From Bacteroidaceae bacterium (GTDB lineage: Bacteria; Bacteroidota; Bacteroidia; Bacteroidales; Bacteroidaceae), in contig JAZLIR010000004.1 of the NCBI GenBank assembly GCA_045617485.1, forward strand, positions 13,475 through 77,474: a stretch of DNA of 64,000 bases. The letters run 5' to 3'. The notes beneath the pieces are model-generated. The model saw nothing but the letters and a program-made list of their open reading frames with translations, did not search any database and was not told the DNA's origin. Within the stretch, counting starts at the first letter, position 1; each line of letters opens with the position of its first letter. A program made the translations under genes and the position numbers. This document shows positions 44,957 to 54,237 of the stretch, one piece after another.

Positions 44957-47832
44957 AAAAGATAATTCAGAATAAAACGCATCAGACGGTCACGGTCACG
45001 TACCGAAGATACGCATTCATACGGAAATCCCAAAACCACAGTGCGATAACCGCTGCTTTTATAGCCTACGCCCGCCAACTGTTCACTGGCTCCGTAGTCA
45101 AGCAGTCCGTCACCTTTGCCTTCAAGCTGAAGCACATCGGGATGAGCAACGCCAAGACAGCGGGCATCGGTATTGCGGACAATCTCAATTGATCCGGTTT
45201 TTCTGCCTTCAACGGTTGAGCACTGACTGTCAACCGATGTCCGAGCCGATGAATAATGAAGCTGCGTTCTGGCAAATTCCTGCTCGGATGCATCGGTCAA
45301 ATCGGATGCAGTGAAACTGCCGCTTACAAGCAGTCTTCCACCCGACGTGAGATATGAATCCAAAGCCTGGCGCATACGTTCCGGATAGCATGAATAGTCA
45401 CGTCTGAAGGTTGAATCGGTCACGCTCTTCTTCTGGAATCCAAGTATCAGATCGACCATCTGGCATTTTTTTGCGTTGGTCTGGCCGTCCATGAATGACT
45501 CACGGCTGCACGATATGAATGACCAGCCTGCACGCACGAAAGACTGTCCGTGAATGTAGGGATAATCAAAGTTGTTTCCGGCAAGAATCTGTCCTTCCAG
45601 GCTGCAGTCACTGGCTCCTGTCTGGATTTTCTCATCAAGGTCCTGACAGGCGCGGTCAAAGACCTGCTGTTCGCCGCAAAGAATCGGAGAACGGCGATAC
45701 TGAACGCCCGCATCGGCCGCAATGTCAAAGCCCATTAAAGAATCGTTCTCTATCACGGCAGGCGGCCCCAGACGCTGGAACCCGTTGACGATCAAAGCAG
45801 TTCTGCCGGCACCGGCGGTTATTGAAGCGGCCAGAATTTCGCTGTCCATACTCTGCCCTCCCTCATTGCATGCAGTAACCTTGAAACGGTAGATGCTGCC
45901 GTTATCGGGAGTCATGCGGAACGAGCAGCCCTTTACAAGCGTACCGTTGTCAAAACCGCCACCATCAACTGACTGATAGACCGTGTAGCATGTGGGAGCT
46001 GCACTTTCCTCAAGGCTGTCAACCGTCTCCTGCCACTGAAGCAGCAGGTCATTGCCATCTCTGGAAATACGGAAATGATTCACCGGAAGCGGCTGCACTA
46101 CCGCGCTCATGCCATATTTGAAACAGTTTTCCTTGAGGAAAGACTTATACAGGGAACGGGCCGCCATAAACTGGAAATTGGGGTCCAGCGCCAGCTTCAT
46201 GTCCCAGAAATTCTGATGCGACAGCAGTTCCACCAGTATGGACTGCATGGAAGGGACTCGGCTTTCGCAGTAGTTTTTGTCCCATATGCCACGCCATCCC
46301 CAATCACGGCTTGTTGCCGATTTGAAGTCACGAATAAGCTCGCTTACAGCCATATCGGCCCAGTCACGGCTTTGCAGACGCGAATCGCCCAGCGCCATTT
46401 TTCCGTCGTTGAAATCAGTGGTACAAATACCGAGCGAACCGTGTATCGTGTCACCGTAACGATAACCTGCATCGGTGTGCAGGGCAAAATACATTTCTAT
46501 CGGTACCCCAAGCCCACGGGCCTTTTCGTTATAGACCGATGATCCGGCAACCCAGTTGGCCATCAAAGGACGGGCCCATATATCTTCCCGATAGTTATCC
46601 TTGTCATCATAGTATGAGATGACGCTGTCGGGAGCACCGGCAAAACGTCCATAGTATTTTGTACCGAACATATATGCCGGCGCTGTAATTGACACGCCGT
46701 CCCTTGTTTCCGTATAAGTACCGCCTCCAAAGCGGACCGCATCGGCACTTACGGTTCCCGTCATTCCGGAGCTGTTGTCAAGTGAGACCATTCCCTGCGG
46801 CCCCCTGCCCTCGTTGAAATGGAACGTGCCGAGATACAGCCATGTACCACCGCCAATCTGCTGGTTGACGTGGAATACCGTTGTTCCGCCGGTGTGATAT
46901 ACTATGTACCGTGCATCATTGATACTGGTGGAATCGGAACGGTATGTCACATAGACCGCATAATCGCCGGTCTCGGGAATATCCGGAACCCACATTGCAG
47001 TGGCTCTGGCGGTTTTGCCTCCGGCCTTTGCCTTTCGGGTGGACACTGCACTGCTGTCGGACGTGATGCAGTACCTGTCGAAACTGAATCCGCCGGTTTC
47101 AGCATCAGTCCATGAACCTGTCTCACGGTATATTCCGCCTCTGCCGGTACTTACTATGACACTGTTCTCCTGCCAGTCACGTTCACGTTCGCACAGGACC
47201 ACCGCACCGGCATTCTCCAGCATGGGAATAAGGTACGGATAGGCTATGGACTGAGTGATAAGGTCTTCACGCGAGCAATACAGCGGCGGACGCTGCAGTT
47301 CCCATAAAGTATCGCCATAGTCATAGTAATAGCCGTGACTTGGAGTGACAGCCAACGGCACGCCTTCAAGACCCTTCTCCGGCACCATCGGACGGCTTTC
47401 GTTCCTCATCCAGGCCGACACTTCCGGCCGTTCATCTACATACCGGCCGATATCGTCGTCCGCCTTTGACCATAAGGGAATCTGTTCCTCTATGTTGTAA
47501 CCGTTTGACGATATGGAAACCTTGTATTTTGAATATTTATCGGGCAAATCGTGAAGCAGCTCCGCATAAATGGAATCGACCAGTCCGCGTCTGAAACGCA
47601 GATAGCTGAATGTGGGGCTCATCTCAATGGCAAGAGTGCGATTTTTGTCACTGACAGTCACTCTCCGGACCGTCAGTTTCCCCAAATCCACATCATACCG
47701 TGCCGAATCAAAATGCTGCTGCACCTGTTCCTTCAGGCTTGGAACCCTTGCCTTAGGCGCCGATGCTCCGAATGCTGAAACAGCGTACAAGACGGCAAGC
47801 ACCGCCAATATGGTCCTGCCTCTGTGCTGCAT
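44953..47832 (-). CDS. large secreted multidomain protein (959 aa) with amidase-like segment (FALHTDAG) and golvesin-C-terminal-like beta-sandwich (GDYAVYVTYRSDST...YIVYHTGGTTVFHVNQQ); function unknown
   Basis: Signal peptide; domain-like segments recognised by eye only. Confidence 0.45.
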   Translation of the reverse strand: MQHRGRTILAVLAVLYAVSAFGASAPKARVPSLKEQVQQHFDSARYDVDLGKLTVRRVTVSDKNRTLAIEMSPTFSYLRFRRGLVDSIYAELLHDLPDKYSKYKVSISSNGYNIEEQIPLWSKADDDIGRYVDERPEVSAWMRNESRPMVPEKGLEGVPLAVTPSHGYYYDYGDTLWELQRPPLYCSREDLITQSIAYPYLIPMLENAGAVVLCERERDWQENSVIVSTGRGGIYRETGSWTDAETGGFSFDRYCITSDSSAVSTRKAKAGGKTARATAMWVPDIPETGDYAVYVTYRSDSTSINDARYIVYHTGGTTVFHVNQQIGGGTWLYLGTFHFNEGRGPQGMVSLDNSSGMTGTVSADAVRFGGGTYTETRDGVSITAPAYMFGTKYYGRFAGAPDSVISYYDDKDNYREDIWARPLMANWVAGSSVYNEKARGLGVPIEMYFALHTDAGYRYGDTIHGSLGICTTDFNDGKMALGDSRLQSRDWADMAVSELIRDFKSATSRDWGWRGIWDKNYCESRVPSMQSILVELLSHQNFWDMKLALDPNFQFMAARSLYKSFLKENCFKYGMSAVVQPLPVNHFRISRDGNDLLLQWQETVDSLEESAAPTCYTVYQSVDGGGFDNGTLVKGCSFRMTPDNGSIYRFKVTACNEGGQSMDSEILAASITAGAGRTALIVNGFQRLGPPAVIENDSLMGFDIAADAGVQYRRSPILCGEQQVFDRACQDLDEKIQTGASDCSLEGQILAGNNFDYPYIHGQSFVRAGWSFISCSRESFMDGQTNAKKCQMVDLILGFQKKSVTDSTFRRDYSCYPERMRQALDSYLTSGGRLLVSGSFTASDLTDASEQEFARTQLHYSSARTSVDSQCSTVEGRKTGSIEIVRNTDARCLGVAHPDVLQLEGKGDGLLDYGASEQLAGVGYKSSGYRTVVLGFPYECVSSVRDRDRLMRFILNYLF

Positions 47833-47844
47833 GTCAAGGACTTG

Positions 47845-48117
47845 TTACTTTTTCAGTGAATTCAACTTGGCTGCAATGCCTTTGAGAGCCTCGTTGAAAT
47901 CATTGCAGAATGTACGGTAGTACTGTCTAGCTTCGCCGGGCTGTGTATGGCTGATACGTGTAATGAACTCCGTATCTATCTTGAGCAGGTCAATCATAAG
48001 GTCATCGGCAGCAGACTTGTCCGTTCCGGGAATCAGCTCCTTATAGATGAGACACTCGGTAAAGATGTCACCGATGACGTAATTCACTTCTTTCTTCAAA
48101 TTTCTACGGCTTGCCAT
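47845..48117 (-). CDS. hypothetical small protein (~90 aa from MASRRNLKKEV...)
   Basis: ORF in the gap between two well-supported genes. Start chosen at the third ATG; 48141 and 48174 are alternatives. Confidence 0.35.
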   Translation of the reverse strand: MASRRNLKKEVNYVIGDIFTECLIYKELIPGTDKSAADDLMIDLLKIDTEFITRISHTQPGEARQYYRTFCNDFNEALKGIAAKLNSLKK

Positions 48118-48284
48118 AATTGTAACTGTTTGAATTGACATATCAAAGGTACTGATTTCACCATTTTCAAGCAAATAAATCGTTCAATTAGTTTTCAACT
48201 GCATGCGGTTTAACATTTTCAGGCAGGCAGTATATTATATGTGCAAAAGTGACATTCGAATATTCACAATTAAACGATATGATT

Positions 48285-49181
48285 ATGAAAAAGTATGTTA
48301 TTGCAGCCGCTATGCTTGCTGCAGTTTGTGTATCGGCCAACGCCAAGAAGGAAGCCCCCGAAAACATTTTCGGCATCAAATCGGGTATCATAACAATTTC
48401 ATCGGACATGGAAATGCCTGACTTCAGCCAGTTTGCCGGCATGGGCGGAGGAGCTATGGGTGGAGGCGCCGCTATGGGCGGCGGAGCCATGGGAGGCTTT
48501 GACTTTGCCAACTTCGATATGAGCGACATGGTTGAAATCATCTATTTTGACGACTACGGCCGCAAGACCGCAAGAGTGACAAAGAGCGGAGAGCGCATTA
48601 CACGCACCGTTGCAATAGGCGACACCACTTACACCATCAATGAAACAGCCAACACTGCAACTGCAATGCCTATCTTTGGCGGAGCACGTGGAGGCCGTGG
48701 AGGCATGGGCGGATTCGGCATGGGCGGATTCGGTGGCATGGGTGGCGCTTCAATAGGCACCATCGGTCAGATTGACTGGAGAAACCTTGACAAGAAGACA
48801 GTACGCCGCAACAAGATCCAGGAACTTGGCGAAGAGACCGTTGCAGGTGTAAAGTGCAAGAAGTACACTATGTCACCCACGAACCAGATGGGCATGACTT
48901 CAACCACCACCCTTTGCGTATATGAAGGTATTGTTCTTTCAACCGAGACTTTGAATGACTGGAGCACCACTCCTGTTACCCAGACAGCCGTTCAGTTTGA
49001 GATCAACGCCAACATCCCAGAGTCAACATTCCAGCTTCCCGCAGATTGCGAAGTTTCACAGCCTAACTTCGGAGGATTCGGCGGCGGCATGGGCGGATTC
49101 GGCGGCGACTTTGGCGGCGGCATGGGCGGCGGATTCGGCGGCGGATTCGGTGGCGGCATGGGCGGTGGTATGATGTTCTGA
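48285..49181 (+). CDS. secreted Gly/Met-rich low-complexity protein (GGMGG/GGFGG repeats flanking a ~150-aa globular core)
   Basis: Signal peptide MKKYVIAAAMLAAVCVSANA; AGMGGGAMGGGAAMGGGAMGG near the N-terminus, GGARGGRGGMGGFGMGGFGGMGG internally, and C-terminal FGGFGGGMGGFGGDFGGGMGGGFGGGFGGGMGGGMMF. Confidence 0.6.
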   Translation: MKKYVIAAAMLAAVCVSANAKKEAPENIFGIKSGIITISSDMEMPDFSQFAGMGGGAMGGGAAMGGGAMGGFDFANFDMSDMVEIIYFDDYGRKTARVTKSGERITRTVAIGDTTYTINETANTATAMPIFGGARGGRGGMGGFGMGGFGGMGGASIGTIGQIDWRNLDKKTVRRNKIQELGEETVAGVKCKKYTMSPTNQMGMTSTTTLCVYEGIVLSTETLNDWSTTPVTQTAVQFEINANIPESTFQLPADCEVSQPNFGGFGGGMGGFGGDFGGGMGGGFGGGFGGGMGGGMMF

Positions 49182-49203
49182 TTCAAGCCACACACAAATG
49201 ACA

Positions 49204-49240
49204 GGAGGGCGGTCATCATCGATGGCCGCCCTCTTTATTG
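49204..49240 (+). terminator. terminator GAGGGCGGTCATCATCGATGGCCGCCCTC-TTTATT
   Basis: Stem-loop 22 nt after the Gly-rich protein stop. Confidence 0.55.
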
Positions 49241-49255
49241 CATCCTTTAACAGAC

Positions 49256-49298
49256 AGAAAAATGGGGGCCGCATTTAATGCAGCCCCCATTATTTTTT
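49256..49298. terminator. bidirectional terminator AAAAAT-GGGGGCCGCATTTAATGCAGCCCCC-ATTATTTTTT
   Basis: Stem flanked by A- and T-runs, 10 nt downstream of the histone-like gene on the minus strand. Confidence 0.55.
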
Positions 49299-49308
49299 CT
49301 GCTCAAAA

Positions 49309-49482
49309 TTACTTTGCAGCAGCAAGAGAAGCCTTACGGAATTCCTTCATAAGCTTTTCAAGTTCAAGAGAAGCCTTGCGTGCACGTGTTCCGGCAGCCT
49401 TGTTTCCCTTTTCAATCTGTGAGTTGGCATCCTTTGCGAATTCTGCATAAAGTTCAGCAGCCTGTTTCAGAATAGTCTCCAT
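49309..49482 (-). CDS. histone H1-like / HU-unrelated Lys/Ala-rich nucleoid protein (57 aa, METILKQAAELYAEFAKDANSQIEKGNKAAGTRARKASLELEKLMKEFRKASLAAAK). Not in the ORF track because it is under 60 aa.
   Basis: Manual translation. The motif GNKxAGxRARKASLELEKL is the conserved core of Bacteroidota histone-H1-like proteins. The gene is flanked by terminators and an AT-rich promoter region. Confidence 0.7.
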   Translation of the reverse strand: METILKQAAELYAEFAKDANSQIEKGNKAAGTRARKASLELEKLMKEFRKASLAAAK

Positions 49483-49657
49483 AATAATTGTTAGTATTAA
49501 GTGGTTAATAAAAATTCGTATCTGCGCAAAAGTAACACTAAATTGAATATCAGCAAACTTTTTCCTTTTTTTTATTCATTTTCACATTCAAGAAATTGAA
49601 TATCCGTCAAAATGGCCTAATTTCGCATTGCAAACCACATTATTATAACATACAAGT

Positions 49658-50245
49658 ATGAGAAAACATATATTTTCACTTATAGCCATTCTGGTTTCAC
49701 TGACCGTTTCGGCAAAGGGGGATATTGATCCGAAATATGCAGAAGGAGCCGTTCCTGTTGACGAAAACGGCAGTGTTTATTTTTCCCGTACCATTGACAT
49801 TCCCGAACAGCTTTCGCAGGATGACTGCTACAGAATGATGCTAAGTTGGGCAAAAGGACGCTTTGCACAGCCATACGCCCAGGCAGGACGGATTATCAGT
49901 GAGAATGAAGACACTAGGCGCTTTGTCGTTCACGTCAATCAGATACTGACATTCAAACATACCGGAATGGTAATCGACGAGTCCGACATTGAGTTCAACT
50001 TTTCAGTAGCGGTTGGTGAAAAGACAGTCACAGCCGTTATGACCGATATCAAATACCGCTACGAGGAAGGACGTGAGGGAGGTGGTCAGTCATTCACTGC
50101 CGAAGAATGGATTACTGACGAGGAAGCTTTCAATGCGAGACATACTAAATTCTACAAGCGCGTAGGCAAGTTCCGCATCAAAACCATCGACATGAAGGAC
50201 CGTCTGTTCAAATCAATGTCGGAAACTTTCTCTGAGGACAAATAG
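49658..50245 (+). CDS. DUF4468 protein with N-terminal signal/anchor
   Basis: 195 aa; DUF4468-like core (YFSRTIDIP...RFVVHVNQ). Confidence 0.55.
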   Translation: MRKHIFSLIAILVSLTVSAKGDIDPKYAEGAVPVDENGSVYFSRTIDIPEQLSQDDCYRMMLSWAKGRFAQPYAQAGRIISENEDTRRFVVHVNQILTFKHTGMVIDESDIEFNFSVAVGEKTVTAVMTDIKYRYEEGREGGGQSFTAEEWITDEEAFNARHTKFYKRVGKFRIKTIDMKDRLFKSMSETFSEDK

Positions 50246-50248
50246 TTC

Positions 50249-50659
50249 ATGGCAAAGGAAAAAGAACTATACCGGATATTGGGGTTGGATGAAAACGCGA
50301 CCGATGCCCAGATAACGGATGCGTACCAAAAGTTGAGCGGGAATTTCACCGACGGCAGTTCCGACAGACAGCGTCTCGATTACGCTTATTCCATACTCTC
50401 TGACATCGAAAAACGTGCCCGGTATGACATTACCGGAAAGACGGGCATAAAATCGGTCAGGAAACGCCGCACGTCGCAGCCTGGCAGAAGAGACAGGGTG
50501 CGCCAGGCGCTGAATACGCTGTTTCTGGCCGGTGCAGCCGTCACCACAGTGCTTTTCGTAATGCAGTATTGCGGAATGGGCACAACCCCCTTCTATATAG
50601 CCTGCGGAATTTCACTGATTCTTAAACTGACAGAATATCTTCTCCGACTGATTCCCTAA
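50249..50659 (+). CDS. J-domain-like membrane protein lacking the HPD motif (HPD replaced by TDG)
   Basis: LYRILGLDENATDAQITDAYQKLSGNFTDG...YAYSILSDIEKRARYD followed by two TM helices. Confidence 0.55.
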   Translation: MAKEKELYRILGLDENATDAQITDAYQKLSGNFTDGSSDRQRLDYAYSILSDIEKRARYDITGKTGIKSVRKRRTSQPGRRDRVRQALNTLFLAGAAVTTVLFVMQYCGMGTTPFYIACGISLILKLTEYLLRLIP

Positions 50660-50665
50660 CGACAC

Positions 50666-52765
50666 ATGCCCAAAACACGTATGACAAGGTTCCACAGAAC
50701 TATCGGACTTGCACTTGCCTTATTGGTTTGCGGCACAGCGGCCACACATTCGCAAAGTTCGCTATCACAGAATCAGGACGGATTCAACGGAGAACGTATG
50801 GACGGTTTCATGGATTCAGGGCCAGACAGAGATACCACCGTAGTAGAACGTGAGGTATCAAGAGACTACTGGCAGTGGACTTTTGACCCGGCCACAGCAC
50901 TTATTGTCAAAGTCGAACCGGACACACTGCATCATGCTTTCCAATATGTGCACCTGACCGAAGGCATGAAAGGCACCTACAGCCATTTGGGCAACATGGG
51001 CTCACCACGCCTGTCACGGCTGTTCTTTGAACGCGGTGATATTAAAGACTTCATGTTCGATGCTCCATACGACTTCTGGATCAGGACACCATACGATTTC
51101 CGTTTTACCGATGCCAAATCGCCGCATCTGAGTCTCGACTATTACAAGGGCGGTGACAAGCGCACCGGCGAGGAGCATCTTAAAGGCTATTTCGTTGCCA
51201 ATTTCAACAAGAAGTGCGGTATCGGTCTCAACATGGACTACCTGTTGGGACGCGGACGGTATCTGAATCAGTCAACCTCGATGTTCGACACACGTCTGTA
51301 CACATACTGGCGCGGAGACAAATACAGTTTATATGTATCGGGCAACACCGACAACATCAAGACTGCCGAAAACGGAGGCGTTTATGACGAACGGTACATA
51401 TCAAGTCCTGAAGCTATGGCTGAAGGGCGCAAGCAATATGCCCCTGAAGACATACCTACGCGCATGGATGACAACTGGAACAACATCAGGCACAAGCAGC
51501 TGCTGTTCAACCAGAGTCTGGACATTACCATTACGCACACACGCAATGACAGCATTGGAGACACGGTACTGACATACAGGGAACGCATACCGTTGGGCAA
51601 ACTGGCACACAATCTGGAGGTGGGAGATCTGAACCGCCGATACCTTTCCTACCGTGTACCGGAAGGTTTCTACGAACGTGCCTTCATACATCCCGATTCA
51701 CTTGACCAGGCTGAACAGTTTTATGTAAACAACACCATTTCGCTGTCACTGATTGAAGGGTCAACCAGATGGGCCATTGCCGGACTGACAGGATATCTGA
51801 GACACGAATACAGGACTTTCCATATGCCCGATACGCTTGCAGGCGGCAGGGAATACTACGGCAAGCACAGCGAATTTGACTTGTATGCAGGAGGACGATT
51901 GGAGAAAGCCAAAGGCGACGCGCTTCATTTGGGAGCATCGTTCGAAACCGCAATAGCCGGTGCAAGTTTCGGCGATTTTTCCATTGACGGCTACGTTTCC
52001 CTTGAAAGCAGGCTGTTCGGGAAACAGGCCGGCATTGGAGCATCGGCCATGCTGTCATCGACAAGCGCTCCCTATTTCATGGAGTCGTATCACTCAACAT
52101 ACGCATGGTGGGACAATGAATTCGACAAAGAAATACGCACCGGTTTGCAGGCATACGCAGAAATCGAGGCTACAGGAACAAGAGTTCAGGTTGACGTCGC
52201 CAACATAAGCAACTACATCTATCTTGAGAATACCGCAGGAATGTACACTGATGCCGATGGTGTCATGCAACCCACATTCGCCGTCAGGGGCAGCCAGCAC
52301 GACGGCCAGATACAGGTTATCAGCGCAAGCGCCAACCAGAACTTCAAGCTTGGTCCGCTCCATTGGGACAACAGCGTAACGTGGCAGAAATCAAGCGACA
52401 GCAGGGTGATACCACTGCCTGAGCTGAACATATTTTCCGACCTGTATCTGAAGTTTGTCTATTTCAAGCGGCTCAACATGGAAATAGGAGCCAACTGCAC
52501 ATATTTCACCAAATATGACGCACCAATGTACTGCCCTGCAGCAGGCATGTACCATCTGCAGAGCAGCGATTGCCGTCAAAGTGTTGGAGAATACCCGCTG
52601 CTTACCGGCTACGCCAACTGCAGCATGCGCGGTGTCCGCTTCTATATCATGTACTATCACGCCAACTACGGCCTCATGAAGAACAACAATTACTTTGTTC
52701 TCCCGGGCTACCCGTCAAACCCGGGTATGCTCAAATTCGGGCTCAGTTGGACCTTCTTCGATTAA
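50666..52765 (+). CDS. putative porin / large outer-membrane beta-barrel (Porin_10-like)
   Basis: Signal peptide; 699 aa rich in Tyr/Gly/Asn beta strands; ends LSWTFFD. Confidence 0.5.
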   Translation: MPKTRMTRFHRTIGLALALLVCGTAATHSQSSLSQNQDGFNGERMDGFMDSGPDRDTTVVEREVSRDYWQWTFDPATALIVKVEPDTLHHAFQYVHLTEGMKGTYSHLGNMGSPRLSRLFFERGDIKDFMFDAPYDFWIRTPYDFRFTDAKSPHLSLDYYKGGDKRTGEEHLKGYFVANFNKKCGIGLNMDYLLGRGRYLNQSTSMFDTRLYTYWRGDKYSLYVSGNTDNIKTAENGGVYDERYISSPEAMAEGRKQYAPEDIPTRMDDNWNNIRHKQLLFNQSLDITITHTRNDSIGDTVLTYRERIPLGKLAHNLEVGDLNRRYLSYRVPEGFYERAFIHPDSLDQAEQFYVNNTISLSLIEGSTRWAIAGLTGYLRHEYRTFHMPDTLAGGREYYGKHSEFDLYAGGRLEKAKGDALHLGASFETAIAGASFGDFSIDGYVSLESRLFGKQAGIGASAMLSSTSAPYFMESYHSTYAWWDNEFDKEIRTGLQAYAEIEATGTRVQVDVANISNYIYLENTAGMYTDADGVMQPTFAVRGSQHDGQIQVISASANQNFKLGPLHWDNSVTWQKSSDSRVIPLPELNIFSDLYLKFVYFKRLNMEIGANCTYFTKYDAPMYCPAAGMYHLQSSDCRQSVGEYPLLTGYANCSMRGVRFYIMYYHANYGLMKNNNYFVLPGYPSNPGMLKFGLSWTFFD

Positions 52766-54183
52766 AAGCACCAGCCCAGCGTGAACATGAGCCGGTTTGA
52801 CTTGTACTTGTAGTCAACGACAGGCTCCGATTCAGTGAACGCCGATACAATTTCTTCATTGCTGAGTGAAGCCTCATTGGCGCACACTTCCTGTTTCTGG
52901 ACTCCATGCACAAATGCTACATCGAAATAGAATTGGGAATTGAACATATCGGGCGCCGAGCAGTAGCCGATACCTGTAGAAACGTAATTTGACGTTGTAG
53001 GCCGAACCATCTGAAATTCCGAACGGCTGTCGTTAAAGTCTGTATCGGTCAGATAAGGTCTAGCATTTTCCTTAAACATGGAACCGTTATGGCAGAAGCC
53101 GCATCGGAACGAGAACTTGTCCACATTGGTCTCGGCACCCATCCTATATGTTGCAAAATTCTTATACTGACAGCCGCCCTGAGCATCCAACTGCAAACCG
53201 TCGTAGTACAGGGCCGATCTTTCAGTATAGTGTTTTTCACATTCAATATCAATGGCGGTTGAACCTATTGTAAGTCCTGCACTAAGGCTGGAAGACCATG
53301 GCGATGTAAAGCGGTAATCGGTACCTGAAGCATAGAAATCGCCATCCAGATCAGGTTCGTTGCAGACATACAGATTGTCTTCGTAATTCATGCTCTGTCT
53401 GAATATGGTCGGAGTCTTCAGCGCAGCACCGATTCTGAGTACCGGAACCGGCCGGACAATTACGCCCACTGACATGTTGATGCCATGACCTTGAGAAACG
53501 GACCATTTGTTTTCAGAATAGAATCGGTCGCTGTTTATCTTTCTGTTGTAGTAATCATAAAAATATCCGGTTGAAGCGACATCGGTTGACAGCAATTCCA
53601 TTGTCGTTCCCAGATATACGATATCTTCAAAATTGGATGACAGATTAAAGTCAAACGCATTCACTTTTGCCGTACGTTGGTCACGGAACTCGCGAAATAT
53701 TTCATTGCCATTATCATCCACATACGAATCAATGTAGTCAAGATCATAGCCGGTGTTGTTCAGACGGCGGTATACGAATCCAAAATTCAAGTATGTCGAT
53801 GAGTTTTCCCTACCACAGAGGATAACCGACATCATATCGGCGTTGCATGACAGTTCAGACTTCCGGTTTTTCGAATAGAACATATAATTGCCTTCGTGTC
53901 CGGGATTCGATGCTGTAAGCAACGGTGATGTTACAGATTGAGCACCGGTAAAGGAAAGCGTTGCATTGAAATCGCTCTGATGATATGTACCGATACCTGC
54001 CGGATTCTGACTGATGACCGACGCATCGCTTCCCAAGGCTCCCATTGCACCGCCCATTGCAACATAACGGGCTGTTCCAACAAGTTCGCGTCCATAAAGG
54101 TGAGCCGCATCGAACGATGTCTGAGCCATGGCAGGAGCAGCCAGCAATATGGCAAAGCCTGCAAATAATCTATTGTGTTTCAT
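52762..54183 (-). CDS. outer-membrane beta-barrel protein, hypothetical
   Basis: Signal peptide MKHNRLFAGFAILLAAPAMAQ; C-terminal FTLGWCF barrel terminus. Confidence 0.45.
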   Translation of the reverse strand: MKHNRLFAGFAILLAAPAMAQTSFDAAHLYGRELVGTARYVAMGGAMGALGSDASVISQNPAGIGTYHQSDFNATLSFTGAQSVTSPLLTASNPGHEGNYMFYSKNRKSELSCNADMMSVILCGRENSSTYLNFGFVYRRLNNTGYDLDYIDSYVDDNGNEIFREFRDQRTAKVNAFDFNLSSNFEDIVYLGTTMELLSTDVASTGYFYDYYNRKINSDRFYSENKWSVSQGHGINMSVGVIVRPVPVLRIGAALKTPTIFRQSMNYEDNLYVCNEPDLDGDFYASGTDYRFTSPWSSSLSAGLTIGSTAIDIECEKHYTERSALYYDGLQLDAQGGCQYKNFATYRMGAETNVDKFSFRCGFCHNGSMFKENARPYLTDTDFNDSRSEFQMVRPTTSNYVSTGIGYCSAPDMFNSQFYFDVAFVHGVQKQEVCANEASLSNEEIVSAFTESEPVVDYKYKSNRLMFTLGWCF

Positions 54184-54237
54184 ATTTCTAATCGATTATT
54201 GGTTCAATAATTCCGTTACTGCTTTTTGATGTATCAT

